Positions 8,849 to 18,246 of a DNA stretch of 32,000 nucleotides are shown here, in pieces. The stretch spans positions 60,001-92,000 of the forward strand of contig NZ_CP092368.1 of the NCBI RefSeq assembly GCF_025021925.1, in the 5' to 3' direction. Made by a program: the position numbers and the translations under genes. Numbering within the stretch: the first letter of the stretch is position 1; the number at the start of each line of letters is the position of its first letter. Below the pieces are notes generated by a model. The model had not been told where the DNA came from and made no database searches. It saw only the letters and a list, made by a program, of their open reading frames with translations. Source of the DNA: Candidatus Saccharimonadota bacterium (GTDB lineage: Bacteria; Pseudomonadota; Alphaproteobacteria; Rickettsiales; Anaplasmataceae).

Positions 8849-10777
8849 ATGAATAATTATCTTTCTCTCTTAAATTCACAACAATACTCAGCTGTGATAC
8901 ACATAAAAGGTCCAGTCTTGATATTAGCTGGAGCGGGCACTGGAAAAACAAAAACCATTATTTCAAGAATCGCATATATTATATGTAATGGGCATGCTAA
9001 TTCTCACGAAATATTAGCTGTAACATTTACAAATAGAGCAGCAAATGAAATGCTTTCAAGAATATTAAAGTTAACAAATATTCATAACATACCATGGTTT
9101 GGTACCTTTCATGGAATTGCAGTTAAAATTTTACGTGATCATGCTAACATTGTAGGATTAAACTCTAATTTTTCAATTATTAGTGTTGAGGAGCAATTAC
9201 AGATAATCAAAAATATTATTAAGACAATAGATTCAAAGAATATCTCAAATAAATATAGTAATATTATGTATACTATTCAACAATGGAAGGAAAAATGCTT
9301 AACGCCTTATGAAGTAGAATGTCTATCAAATTCTAATGTAGCAAAAAATCTCATAGCATTACAAGTATACTATCAATATCAAGAAATATTACATCGTCTT
9401 AATGCTGTAGATTTTGGTGATTTGTTATTATATAATATACAAATCTTCAATCGTAATCGCGAGATTCTATCTTATTATCAATTGAAGTTTAAGTATATCA
9501 TAGTAGATGAATATCAAGATACAAATACAATTCAATATTTATGGTTACAATATCTTGCAAAACATCATGCAAATATTTGCTGTGTAGGAGATGATGATCA
9601 ACTAATATATAGTTGGCGTGGCGCAGAAGTTGAAAATATTTTTAATTTCTCTAATGATTTTGCAAATGCAAAAATCTTTAAACTAGAATGTAATTATCGA
9701 TCTACTTCTCATATATTAGCAGCTGCATCTTATATGATAAACCACAATCAGGCGAGACTACAAAAAACATTGTGGACTAAAAATATTGCGGGAGATAAGG
9801 TCAAGATTATCAAACTAGTAAATAGTAAAGATGAAGCAAGATTTATTATTCAACAAATATTACAATTACATCAGTATAGATTGAGTGATATTGCAGTTTT
9901 AGTCAGAGCAAGTTTTCAAACTAGAGTGTTAGAAGAATTTTTTATAAAACACTCAGTACCTTACAAGGTACTGAGTGGAATAAGATTTTATGAACGTCAA
10001 GAAGTACAAGATATTATTGCATGTTTAAGATTAATTATAAATCATAATGATGATCTAGCTTTTAGTAGAATTATTAATCGCCCAAAAAGATATATAGGAG
10101 CTATCACTATACAAAAGATACACAAAATTGCTCAGTGTGACAATATTTCCTACTTGGCAGCATTAAAAGTGCTAATAGATAATCATCAAGTAACAGAAAG
10201 AATCAGATTTGCATTAAATAAATTTTTCAACGACATTAAGTATTTAACAGACCAAATCTCTACATGTCCACTGTACAGTTTTGTAGAAAAAATAGTTATT
10301 CAACTAGGATATATAACAATGCTTGAAAATGAAGGGATAACAGGCATAGTCAGAATGGAAAATATTAAAGAATTAATATCATCTTTAAAAGATTTTGATA
10401 ATCCTAAAACTTTCTTAGAGCATATTAGTCTCGTAATGGATACAGATAATATTAAAAATAATGACGAACATTATGTATATATTATGACACTTCATGCATC
10501 TAAAGGACTTGAATTTCCATGTGTCTTTCTTCCTGGATGGGAAGAAGGATTATTTCCTCATCAAAGATCTTTTGGAGATAAAACTGGTAAAGCTTTAGAA
10601 GAAGAAAGACGTCTTGCATATGTTGGCATTACTCGAGCAAAATCAAAACTATTGATTTCATGTGTAGAGAGAAGAGAAATTAACAATCAATGGCATAAGA
10701 TGTATATTTCACGCTTTATCAAAGAATTACCAAAAGAACATATTGAAATAATGACACGCAAAGTTTTTTTACCTTAA
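8849..10777 (+). CDS. uvrD: ATP-dependent DNA helicase, UvrD/Rep/PcrA family (SF1)
   Basis: 642 aa with Walker A AGAGTGKTKT, DEYQDTN (motif II), NYRST, and TLHASKGLEFP...RRLAYVGITRAK (motifs V/VI). Confidence 0.9.
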   Translation: MNNYLSLLNSQQYSAVIHIKGPVLILAGAGTGKTKTIISRIAYIICNGHANSHEILAVTFTNRAANEMLSRILKLTNIHNIPWFGTFHGIAVKILRDHANIVGLNSNFSIISVEEQLQIIKNIIKTIDSKNISNKYSNIMYTIQQWKEKCLTPYEVECLSNSNVAKNLIALQVYYQYQEILHRLNAVDFGDLLLYNIQIFNRNREILSYYQLKFKYIIVDEYQDTNTIQYLWLQYLAKHHANICCVGDDDQLIYSWRGAEVENIFNFSNDFANAKIFKLECNYRSTSHILAAASYMINHNQARLQKTLWTKNIAGDKVKIIKLVNSKDEARFIIQQILQLHQYRLSDIAVLVRASFQTRVLEEFFIKHSVPYKVLSGIRFYERQEVQDIIACLRLIINHNDDLAFSRIINRPKRYIGAITIQKIHKIAQCDNISYLAALKVLIDNHQVTERIRFALNKFFNDIKYLTDQISTCPLYSFVEKIVIQLGYITMLENEGITGIVRMENIKELISSLKDFDNPKTFLEHISLVMDTDNIKNNDEHYVYIMTLHASKGLEFPCVFLPGWEEGLFPHQRSFGDKTGKALEEERRLAYVGITRAKSKLLISCVERREINNQWHKMYISRFIKELPKEHIEIMTRKVFLP

Positions 10778-10929
10778 AAAATAGCAAATAACATATAAAG
10801 TTGAATGTCAAATATATGTTAAATCAGACCAATAAATATAGAGAATATTTGTAAGATAATAAATAATTAGTGCAAAATTTTCAATTGACTGTTAAGATCT
10901 ATTTTAGATTGTTATTTCATCATAAAATT

Positions 10930-11003
10930 GGCGGGTGTAGCTTAGGTGGTAGAGCGTCAGTTTGTGGTACTGAATGTCGCCAGTTCGATTCTGGTCACTC
11001 GCC
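10930..11003 (+). tRNA. tRNA-His (anticodon GTG) with genomically encoded G-1 opposite C73
   Basis: Hand-folded cloverleaf: G-1, acceptor GCGGGTG/CACTCGC, D arm GCTT..GAGC, anticodon stem TCAGT/ACTGA with loop TTGTGGT, T arm GCCAG-TTCGATT-CTGGT. Total 74 nt. CCA is not fully encoded (CCC follows the acceptor stem). Confidence 0.9.
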
Positions 11004-11047
11004 CCTTAAAATGTTTTAATGCGTCATTATCTTCAATATCACTGATT

Positions 11048-11812
11048 CTAAATGACAGATGATAAAAGCTCTTTTATTATTTTAAATAATTTTTCTATTG
11101 ATGTATTATCAGACATATTATGTGATGCGGACTTGATCAAGTGTATTTCAACATCATTTGAAGCTATTTTATGTGCTAAATTTAATGAAGTATGATAAGG
11201 AACATCTTTATCATTCAGACTGTGTAGTAAACGTACAGGACAATATATCTCTATGAGATTCTTTGTCAAAAGTAGATTGTTTCGTCCATCTTCTATTAAT
11301 TCTTTAGTGATTTGATATGTACAATTTTCATTATCATGTGCACTGAAGTGTATCATACCATATAAAGATAATGCTATCTTTTGCTGATCTGATAATTTTT
11401 CAAATATTAAGTTTTGAGTAAAATCTATAGCACATGAGATACCAATAAGAGCTAAAATCGTTTGTGGTAGTTGCATAGCAATAAGACACATCAACCAGCC
11501 TCCCATACTTGAGCCTATAATGATTTGTTTACCAATTGTCAATTGACTGATAATTTCTATACAATTTTGTTTCCAATCACTAATTGTATAATCAGTGAAA
11601 TGACCGCTTGAAGTACCATGACCAAAATAATCAAATAATACAAGTGATAAGTCGTGTGCTTGGCAGAATTTATAAATAGCAGTTGCTTTAGTACCATTCA
11701 TATCAGATCCAAAACCACCCAAAAACACTATAGAAGCTCTTGTTCCTCGTATCTGACGATATACTATATATTGATTATCTTGATCATATAATCTATCAAC
11801 TTTAATATTCAT
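11048..11812 (-). CDS. Alpha/beta-fold hydrolase, substrate unknown
   Basis: It has the nucleophile elbow GSSMGGW (GxSxG), an upstream FLGGFGSD oxyanion-type motif, and C-terminal D and H (NDKDVP, SASHNM). The track start at 11842 is GTG. ATG at 11812 (MNIKVDRLYD) lies 4 nt after the cycM stop and avoids the overlap. Confidence 0.75.
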   Translation of the reverse strand: MNIKVDRLYDQDNQYIVYRQIRGTRASIVFLGGFGSDMNGTKATAIYKFCQAHDLSLVLFDYFGHGTSSGHFTDYTISDWKQNCIEIISQLTIGKQIIIGSSMGGWLMCLIAMQLPQTILALIGISCAIDFTQNLIFEKLSDQQKIALSLYGMIHFSAHDNENCTYQITKELIEDGRNNLLLTKNLIEIYCPVRLLHSLNDKDVPYHTSLNLAHKIASNDVEIHLIKSASHNMSDNTSIEKLFKIIKELLSSVI

Positions 11813-11816
11813 ATTA

Positions 11817-12341
11817 TTATGGTAAGGCAACAGGAGTATCACTCATAGTACGTAAATAAGCAAGTAAATCAGCAATTTCTTGTGAATGTGCTATTCCACC
11901 AAATGCCATACGTGTACCTTTTATATATGATTTTGGATTCTGTAAAAAAAGAAATAATTCTTCATATCCCCATATTCCTCCCTTTGCAAGTAAGGCTTTT
12001 GAATAATAAAATGCATTACGATCGGCTTTTTTGCTACCGATTATATTCCACAAGTTTGGTCCTACTTTATGACCTTTCTCTTTTTCAAATGAGTGACATG
12101 CTATACATTTTTTTGATGCTAATTTACCTTTATCAAAATTGGCATTTTGCATAAGAGGTACTATATTCATAGCTACTTGCTCTATTTTATTTTTATTCTG
12201 ATGTATTCTTTCATCATGTGATACTATGATTTGATGCTCAATATCTTGTTGAGGATTGTACAGTATATCCACTAAATTACTTACTAGTAATATCATAAGA
12301 CCAGAAAATAATATCGATGCTGCAATTTTATTCAGTTCCAT
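11817..12341 (-). CDS. cycM: Membrane-anchored c-type cytochrome (CycM-like cytochrome c homologue)
   Basis: 174 aa with an N-terminal TM anchor, haem-binding CIACHSF (CxxCH), GPNLWNIIG, and the axial Met region GTRMAFGG, as in mitochondrial-type cytochrome c. Confidence 0.88.
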   Translation of the reverse strand: MELNKIAASILFSGLMILLVSNLVDILYNPQQDIEHQIIVSHDERIHQNKNKIEQVAMNIVPLMQNANFDKGKLASKKCIACHSFEKEKGHKVGPNLWNIIGSKKADRNAFYYSKALLAKGGIWGYEELFLFLQNPKSYIKGTRMAFGGIAHSQEIADLLAYLRTMSDTPVALP

Positions 12342-12589
12342 TCTTTTTAATATATATCAATTGATGATTCGATGTTCTGATTCGTAATACATATTATTAT
12401 TTATTTAATATACTCCTACTTTATATAATCAGAAATTCAGAAAAAATACAATATTATTATAATGTATACTACAATGATATATTGCATATATAATGATATT
12501 TTTTTAAAATATGTGACATATCATACTACAATGATTTGTAGAATTTTCTGAAGAGATTTGATATAAGAATAATAATATTACTATATAAT

Positions 12590-14335
12590 ATGTTATTGCA
12601 CACTACTACACAATGTAGTATCACAAATGCATTATGGTCTTTGCAAGAAGTAAATCATAGAGCAGCCTTGACATTATCTCAGAAATTTCAATTACCAGAA
12701 ATTTTGGCACAAATACTCGTGATACGTGGTATTAAGATAGAGAATATGATCAACTTTCTTAATCCAAGAATTCAATCATCACTTCCAGATCCATTGCATC
12801 TGATTGATATGGATAAAGCTATACTACGTATAATACATGCAATCAATCATAATGAAAGAATTGCAATATTTGGTGATTATGATGTTGATGGTGTATCATC
12901 ATCAGCATTAATTCATAGATATCTAAAAGAGATTAATGTAAATTCTATCATCTATATTCCAAATCGGATTAATGAAGGATATGGATTAAATTCCAATGCA
13001 TTGTTGCAATTAAAGAAATTGGGTATAGACTTATGTATTGCAGTGGATTGTGGTACTATATCATATAAACCAATAGCAGACGCACAGCAAGTGAATCTTG
13101 ATATCATAGTAATTGATCATCATCTAGGTGCAAACGCACTACCATGTGCTGTTGCAATTGTCAATCCTAATCGTCTAGACGAAAACTCTCCTTATAATTA
13201 TCTTGCAGCAGTAGGAGTAACTTTTCTTCTACTTGTTGCTCTTAATAGGGCTCTACGTATGCAGGGATTTTTTCTCAAGCAAAAAGAACCAAATTTATTT
13301 AATCTATTAGATCTTGTAGCACTTGGTACTGTATGTGATGTAATGCAAATGATCGAGTTAAATCGCGCATTTGTTTTACAAGGATTAAAAGTCATGGCAC
13401 AAAAAAAAAATATTGGATTAAGTATATTATTTAATTACTTAGGGATTCTTGAAAAGCCAAATGCTTCTAGATTAGGATTTAGTATTGGTCCATGCATAAA
13501 TGCGAGTGGGAGAATAGGTGATGAATCACTTGGTACAAAATTACTCACGACAAATGATATAAAAGAAGCACATACTATAGCGCTCAAATTAATAGAATCG
13601 AATAAGATAAGACAATCATTAGAACGTGAAGCTATTTTAGAAGCTATGATACAAGCAAAAAAGTATATTACATTAAAGACAAATTTTATCATGGTTTTAG
13701 GTAAATGGCATCAAGGGATAATTGGTATTATTGCTTCACGTTTGAGAGAGCAATTTCACTTACCAACAATTGTGATTTCTATGAGTCATGGCATAGGAAA
13801 AGCAAGTTGTAGATCAATTGTAGGTATCGATATCGGAGCTGCAATTTTATCCGCAAAGGAAATGAATCATATTATTGAAGGTGGTGGACATAATATGGCT
13901 GCGGGATTTTCAGTAGCAGAAGAAAAAATAAGCGAGTTACATGATTTTTTTGCAGCAAGATTTTCACATTCTACACAGAATAAAATTCTAAAAGCAGATT
14001 TAATAATTAGTATACAAGCAATCAATTTATCTTTATGGAATCAAATAAAAAAGTTAGAACCATTTGGCCCGGGTAATCCTGAACCAAGATTCATTCTTCA
14101 AGGAATAAAAATAAAACAACCTTCAATTATAGGAAAAGATCATATCAGATGTAATATTACTGATAATACTATTGTAGTAAAAGCTATTGCATTTCGTGCA
14201 GTCAATACTGAACTTGGTTTTGCTATCATGCAAGGTAATGTTAAAGAGATTTTCGGTAAACTCTTGATCAATTATTGGCATGGTAATGAATATATTCTAT
14301 TTTCAATAGAAGATCTACTCACTCTATCCTCTTAG
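12590..14335 (+). CDS. recJ: Single-stranded-DNA-specific exonuclease RecJ
   Basis: 581 aa with DHH-family motifs: IFGDYDVDGVSS, AVDCG, VIDHH, and GGGHNMAAG (DHHA1). Confidence 0.92.
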   Translation: MLLHTTTQCSITNALWSLQEVNHRAALTLSQKFQLPEILAQILVIRGIKIENMINFLNPRIQSSLPDPLHLIDMDKAILRIIHAINHNERIAIFGDYDVDGVSSSALIHRYLKEINVNSIIYIPNRINEGYGLNSNALLQLKKLGIDLCIAVDCGTISYKPIADAQQVNLDIIVIDHHLGANALPCAVAIVNPNRLDENSPYNYLAAVGVTFLLLVALNRALRMQGFFLKQKEPNLFNLLDLVALGTVCDVMQMIELNRAFVLQGLKVMAQKKNIGLSILFNYLGILEKPNASRLGFSIGPCINASGRIGDESLGTKLLTTNDIKEAHTIALKLIESNKIRQSLEREAILEAMIQAKKYITLKTNFIMVLGKWHQGIIGIIASRLREQFHLPTIVISMSHGIGKASCRSIVGIDIGAAILSAKEMNHIIEGGGHNMAAGFSVAEEKISELHDFFAARFSHSTQNKILKADLIISIQAINLSLWNQIKKLEPFGPGNPEPRFILQGIKIKQPSIIGKDHIRCNITDNTIVVKAIAFRAVNTELGFAIMQGNVKEIFGKLLINYWHGNEYILFSIEDLLTLSS

Positions 14336-14341
14336 AGATTA

Positions 14342-15514
14342 CTATCTATCAATTTCACCAAATACTATATCTAGAGATCCAATAATTACTGCAATATCAG
14401 ATAACATATGACCTCTTGCCAGAAAATCTAATGCTTGTAAATGTGCAAACCCAGGAGCTCTAATTCTACATCTATAAGGTTTATTTGTACCATCTGAAAC
14501 TATGTATACTCCAAATTCTCCTTTTGGAGCTTCTACAGAGACATAAGATTCTCCTGCTGGTACATGATAGCCTTCTGAATATAGTTTAAAATGATGAATC
14601 ATCGCTTCCATTTCTATTTTGATTTTTTTCCTTGAAGGTGGAGAAATTTTTCTATCTTCAGTTTGAATTGGACCATCAGGAAGATTTTTTATACACTGTC
14701 TTACTAAATTAACAGACTGCCTAATCTCTGCCATTCGTACTAAATAACGATCATAGCAATCACCATTTTTACCAATTGGAATCTCAAAATCCAATTGTTC
14801 ATATATTTCATATGGCTGATTTTTTCGTAAATCCCATGGTAAACCTGCAGCACGTAACATTGGACCACTAAATCCCCAATTCAGTGCTTGAGCTATAGAG
14901 ATCTCACTAATCCCTACATTACGTTGTTTCCAGATCCTATTCTCTGTTAATAAATCATCAAGATCATCTATATAATAGAGAAATCGTTCTGTAAATTGCA
15001 TGATATCATCAGGTAAATCCTGTGGAATATCTACTGATACACCTCCTGGTCTGATATATGCAGCATGAAATCTTGCACCTGATGCTCTCTCATAAAACTG
15101 TAATATTTTTTCTCTTTCTTCAAATAACCATAATAAAGGAGTCATTGCGCCGACATCAAGTGCTTGAGATGAGATATTTAGTAAATGATTTAATATTCTT
15201 GTAAGCTCTAAAAATAGTACACGTAAATATTTTGCTCTAATAGGAATACTACATTGTAATAATTTTTCTACACATAGAGCATATGCATGTTCTTGTGACA
15301 TTGGCGCAACATAATCAAGACGATCAAAATACGGTACAGCTTGGAGATAGGTTTTATATTCTATTAATTTTTCAGTACCTCGATGTAAGAGTCCAATATG
15401 AGGATCAGCTCTTTCTATTATCTCGCCATCCATCTCAAGAATAAGACGTAATACGCCATGTGCAGCTGGATGCTGAGGTCCAAAGTTTAACAGCATATTT
15501 TTTAAGTCAGGCAT
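14342..15514 (-). CDS. nuoD: NADH-quinone oxidoreductase subunit D (49-kDa subunit)
   Basis: 390 aa and very conserved: [16 protein letters not shown]..., [12 protein letters not shown], and C-terminal [14 protein letters not shown]. It has no other nuo gene next to it. Confidence 0.95.
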   Translation of the reverse strand: MPDLKNMLLNFGPQHPAAHGVLRLILEMDGEIIERADPHIGLLHRGTEKLIEYKTYLQAVPYFDRLDYVAPMSQEHAYALCVEKLLQCSIPIRAKYLRVLFLELTRILNHLLNISSQALDVGAMTPLLWLFEEREKILQFYERASGARFHAAYIRPGGVSVDIPQDLPDDIMQFTERFLYYIDDLDDLLTENRIWKQRNVGISEISIAQALNWGFSGPMLRAAGLPWDLRKNQPYEIYEQLDFEIPIGKNGDCYDRYLVRMAEIRQSVNLVRQCIKNLPDGPIQTEDRKISPPSRKKIKIEMEAMIHHFKLYSEGYHVPAGESYVSVEAPKGEFGVYIVSDGTNKPYRCRIRAPGFAHLQALDFLARGHMLSDIAVIIGSLDIVFGEIDR

Positions 15515-15781
15515 ATAAATTGAGATGATAGAGATATTTAGGAATTCATATATTAAGATAAATGATGAGTCAATATAATTGTGATATCTATATTGAGAAT
15601 ATTAAAACCTGTATTCTATCCATTCTACAGAATATTGGTATCTGATTTTATATTTAGATGAAGAGCTTTTAGAGAGATTATTCTATATTTTCGATCCTTT
15701 TTTGCATTAATGATTCTCTCTTCATAATGTTAGAGCATCTTTCCCTTATATATAAACTCTTGTCATTGAATATCACAGAAA

Positions 15782-16255
15782 TTAAAATGGTATTTCATCA
15801 TCAAGAAACTCATCTTTTATACTGTTAATAAAATTTTCATGTTTACTTTTCTTCTCATTTTCATTTGTTAAGAATTTATCTGTTGTATTATGAGTATGAT
15901 TCTTTGTATCTAATAAAGTTAATCCTCCGTTAAAATGATCTACTATGATTTCTACAATATTTTTTTCAACACCATTTTGATCAGTCCACTTTCTTGTTCT
16001 TAAGGAGCCTTCAAGATAAATTTTACTGCCTTTATGTGCAAATTCCTTAAGAATTTTTACTAAACCTTCACTAAACACGACAATATTATGCCATTCTATC
16101 TTTTCAGTCCGTATACCAGATATTTTATCTGTCCATTTCTCAGAAGTAGCTAGCGAAAAACTTGCCATTTCCTTACCAGTGTGAGTTGTTCTAATATCTG
16201 GATCTTTTCCTAAATTACCAATTAAAATTACTTTATTGATGGTACCACTAGCCAT
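15782..16255 (-). CDS. ssb: Single-stranded DNA-binding protein
   Basis: N-terminal OB fold (INKVILIGNLGKDPDIR...W.NIVVF) and an acidic C-terminal tail ending DDEIPF. The track start at 16264 is TTG. ATG at 16255 (MASGTINKV) fits the SSB N-terminus. Confidence 0.92.
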   Translation of the reverse strand: MASGTINKVILIGNLGKDPDIRTTHTGKEMASFSLATSEKWTDKISGIRTEKIEWHNIVVFSEGLVKILKEFAHKGSKIYLEGSLRTRKWTDQNGVEKNIVEIIVDHFNGGLTLLDTKNHTHNTTDKFLTNENEKKSKHENFINSIKDEFLDDEIPF

Positions 16256-16321
16256 TTTTTTCAATGTAAATAAATATAATTTTATATTTAATAAAGTCTA
16301 TTTGTCAAATACAATTTAAAG

Positions 16322-16395
16322 ATCGCTTGGTGGGATTCGAACCCACGACTCTTGTCTTCGGAAAACAAGGCTCTATCCAGCTGAGCTACAAGCGA
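16322..16395 (-). tRNA. tRNA-Arg (anticodon CCG)
   Basis: The reverse complement folds as acceptor TCGCTTG/CAAGCGA, TA, D arm GCTC-AGCTGGATA-GAGC, anticodon stem TTGTT/GACAA with loop TTCCGAA, variable GAGTC, and T arm GTGGG-TTCGAAT-CCCAC. Total 74 nt. It has an unusual U1-A72 first pair and U73. It lies 66 nt upstream of ssb on the same strand. Confidence 0.85.
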
Positions 16396-16724
16396 ATATA
16401 TACTATACTGAAGAAAGTTGATGTATTATCATGTACTATTACATCCTTCTATTTTAAGCTAAACAAGCTATTAAAATACACATTGTCAATTTTTTAATTC
16501 ATCATTATCTTTTACATATTTTAATACTTAAAATGATGTTATTTTTGAAAAAATCACATATTTAATTTTTGGAAAATTTTATACTATAATTTTATAATAT
16601 ATTAAAAAATACTATTGCTATTGAGCGAGAGCATTATCTTTAGAATAGAAAGATTATAAGCGTTACTAGTAATTGACATGACGCTTTAATTTCTTTTAAT
16701 AATATCACTATATATTTTCTATCT

Positions 16725-17741
16725 TCAAGTAGATTGCTCACTGACTAATTCCCACTTAGCTCTTGGTATACAATTTAGCGATGCTATGCAATTTTTATGC
16801 AACATTTCAATACCTGTCCATCCTACCATTACTGCATTATCTGTACATAATGCATGAGGAGGTACAAAGATATTGAGTTTTATTATTTTTTGTAGTTTTT
16901 GTATTAGAAATTGATTTGATGCAACACCTCCAGTAACAACAACATTATTGATTTTGATATCTAAAGATTCAGTCATTATGATGGCATTATTTATTCTGTC
17001 GAGCAAAATATCAATAACGCATGTTTGAAATGAAGCGCAAATATCATATATATTTTGTTTAGTCATCTCTATACTGCGGACTAAGTTTTGTACTGATGTT
17101 TTAAGGCCAGAAAATGAAAAATCACATCCCACTCGTCCTAACATTGCTCTTGGTAGCCTAAATTTTTTTCCGTTACCTTGTTTAGCATATCTTTCAATTA
17201 TTGGGCCTCCCGGATACTGTAAACCTAACATTTTAGCGACCTTGTCAAATACTTCTCCTAAAGCATCATCAAGAGTTGTTCCTAATTGAATATATTGCCC
17301 TACATTTTGTGCAATTAATAATTTACAATGGCCTCCAGATATCAATAATACCAAGAATGGAAATTGTATATCATATAGTAATCTGATGACTAATGCATGC
17401 GCTTCAAGATGATTCACTGAAATAAAAGGTTTTTGTATCACATGAGCAATTGCTTTAGCCATCATTGTACCAACAATTAATCCTCCTATTAATCCTGGTC
17501 CAGTTGTTGCAGCAATTGCATATAAATCGTGACAATTGAGATTCGCTGTATATAGAGTACTTTGAATTAAATCTTTTAAATGCGTCATATGATTACGTGC
17601 AGCAATCTCAGGGACAACACCACCAAATTTTATATGCTCTTTTTGAGAGATAGTTTGATGCGCAAGGACTTGCTTATTGCTAGTGACAATTGCTACAGAA
17701 GTATCATCACAGCTTGTTTCGATGGCTAAAACAGTCTTCAT
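16725..17741 (-). CDS. tsaD: tRNA N6-adenosine threonylcarbamoyltransferase TsaD (Gcp/Kae1 family)
   Basis: 338 aa with LAIETSCDDTSVAI, the metal-binding VNHLEAHAL, and GGVASN. Confidence 0.93.
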   Translation of the reverse strand: MKTVLAIETSCDDTSVAIVTSNKQVLAHQTISQKEHIKFGGVVPEIAARNHMTHLKDLIQSTLYTANLNCHDLYAIAATTGPGLIGGLIVGTMMAKAIAHVIQKPFISVNHLEAHALVIRLLYDIQFPFLVLLISGGHCKLLIAQNVGQYIQLGTTLDDALGEVFDKVAKMLGLQYPGGPIIERYAKQGNGKKFRLPRAMLGRVGCDFSFSGLKTSVQNLVRSIEMTKQNIYDICASFQTCVIDILLDRINNAIIMTESLDIKINNVVVTGGVASNQFLIQKLQKIIKLNIFVPPHALCTDNAVMVGWTGIEMLHKNCIASLNCIPRAKWELVSEQST

Positions 17742-18246
17742 ATTATAATTATTAATGCAATCTAAACACTATATCTAGAAATACTATAATAATAAAACGA
17801 AAGATTCATGATGTTGTGACATAAAGAATCACAAGAATATATAATATACTTAATGTGTGAGACTGAGCAGTTGAATCTCATAGTGTAATATCAATAGAAC
17901 ATTGCATAGAATCTAGAGAGCAATAGATAATATAATATCTTCATTGAAAAATGTACTATATCGATCTATATTTATATTAAGTTATAATCTTATAATAATT
18001 AATATAGCATTTATTAGCTCTTAGAAAAAAGAAGGATTGTTAAAATATAATTTCTCTAGATGATTGTATGATATATAAATGTAATGGGAAAATCCTATAT
18101 AGGGAGCAAAAAATAAATAATACTCATTATAATGCAGGTAATGCATTCATATATCATATATAATCTATGAATAGAATATATAGAGGTAAAAAACAAACTA
18201 AACGCATATTGTATTAAATACTCAATAAGATCTTAAGGAAATATTT

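Noticed and set aside
18094-18103. A 10-bp palindrome CCTATATAGG and a nearby AATGCA-ggtaa-TGCATT hairpin (about 18132-18148) in the 505-bp tsaD/thyX divergent region.
   Set aside because: They are short and within chance expectation. There is no second copy and no positional relationship to a credible promoter. They are noted only because this gap is the second largest non-coding block.
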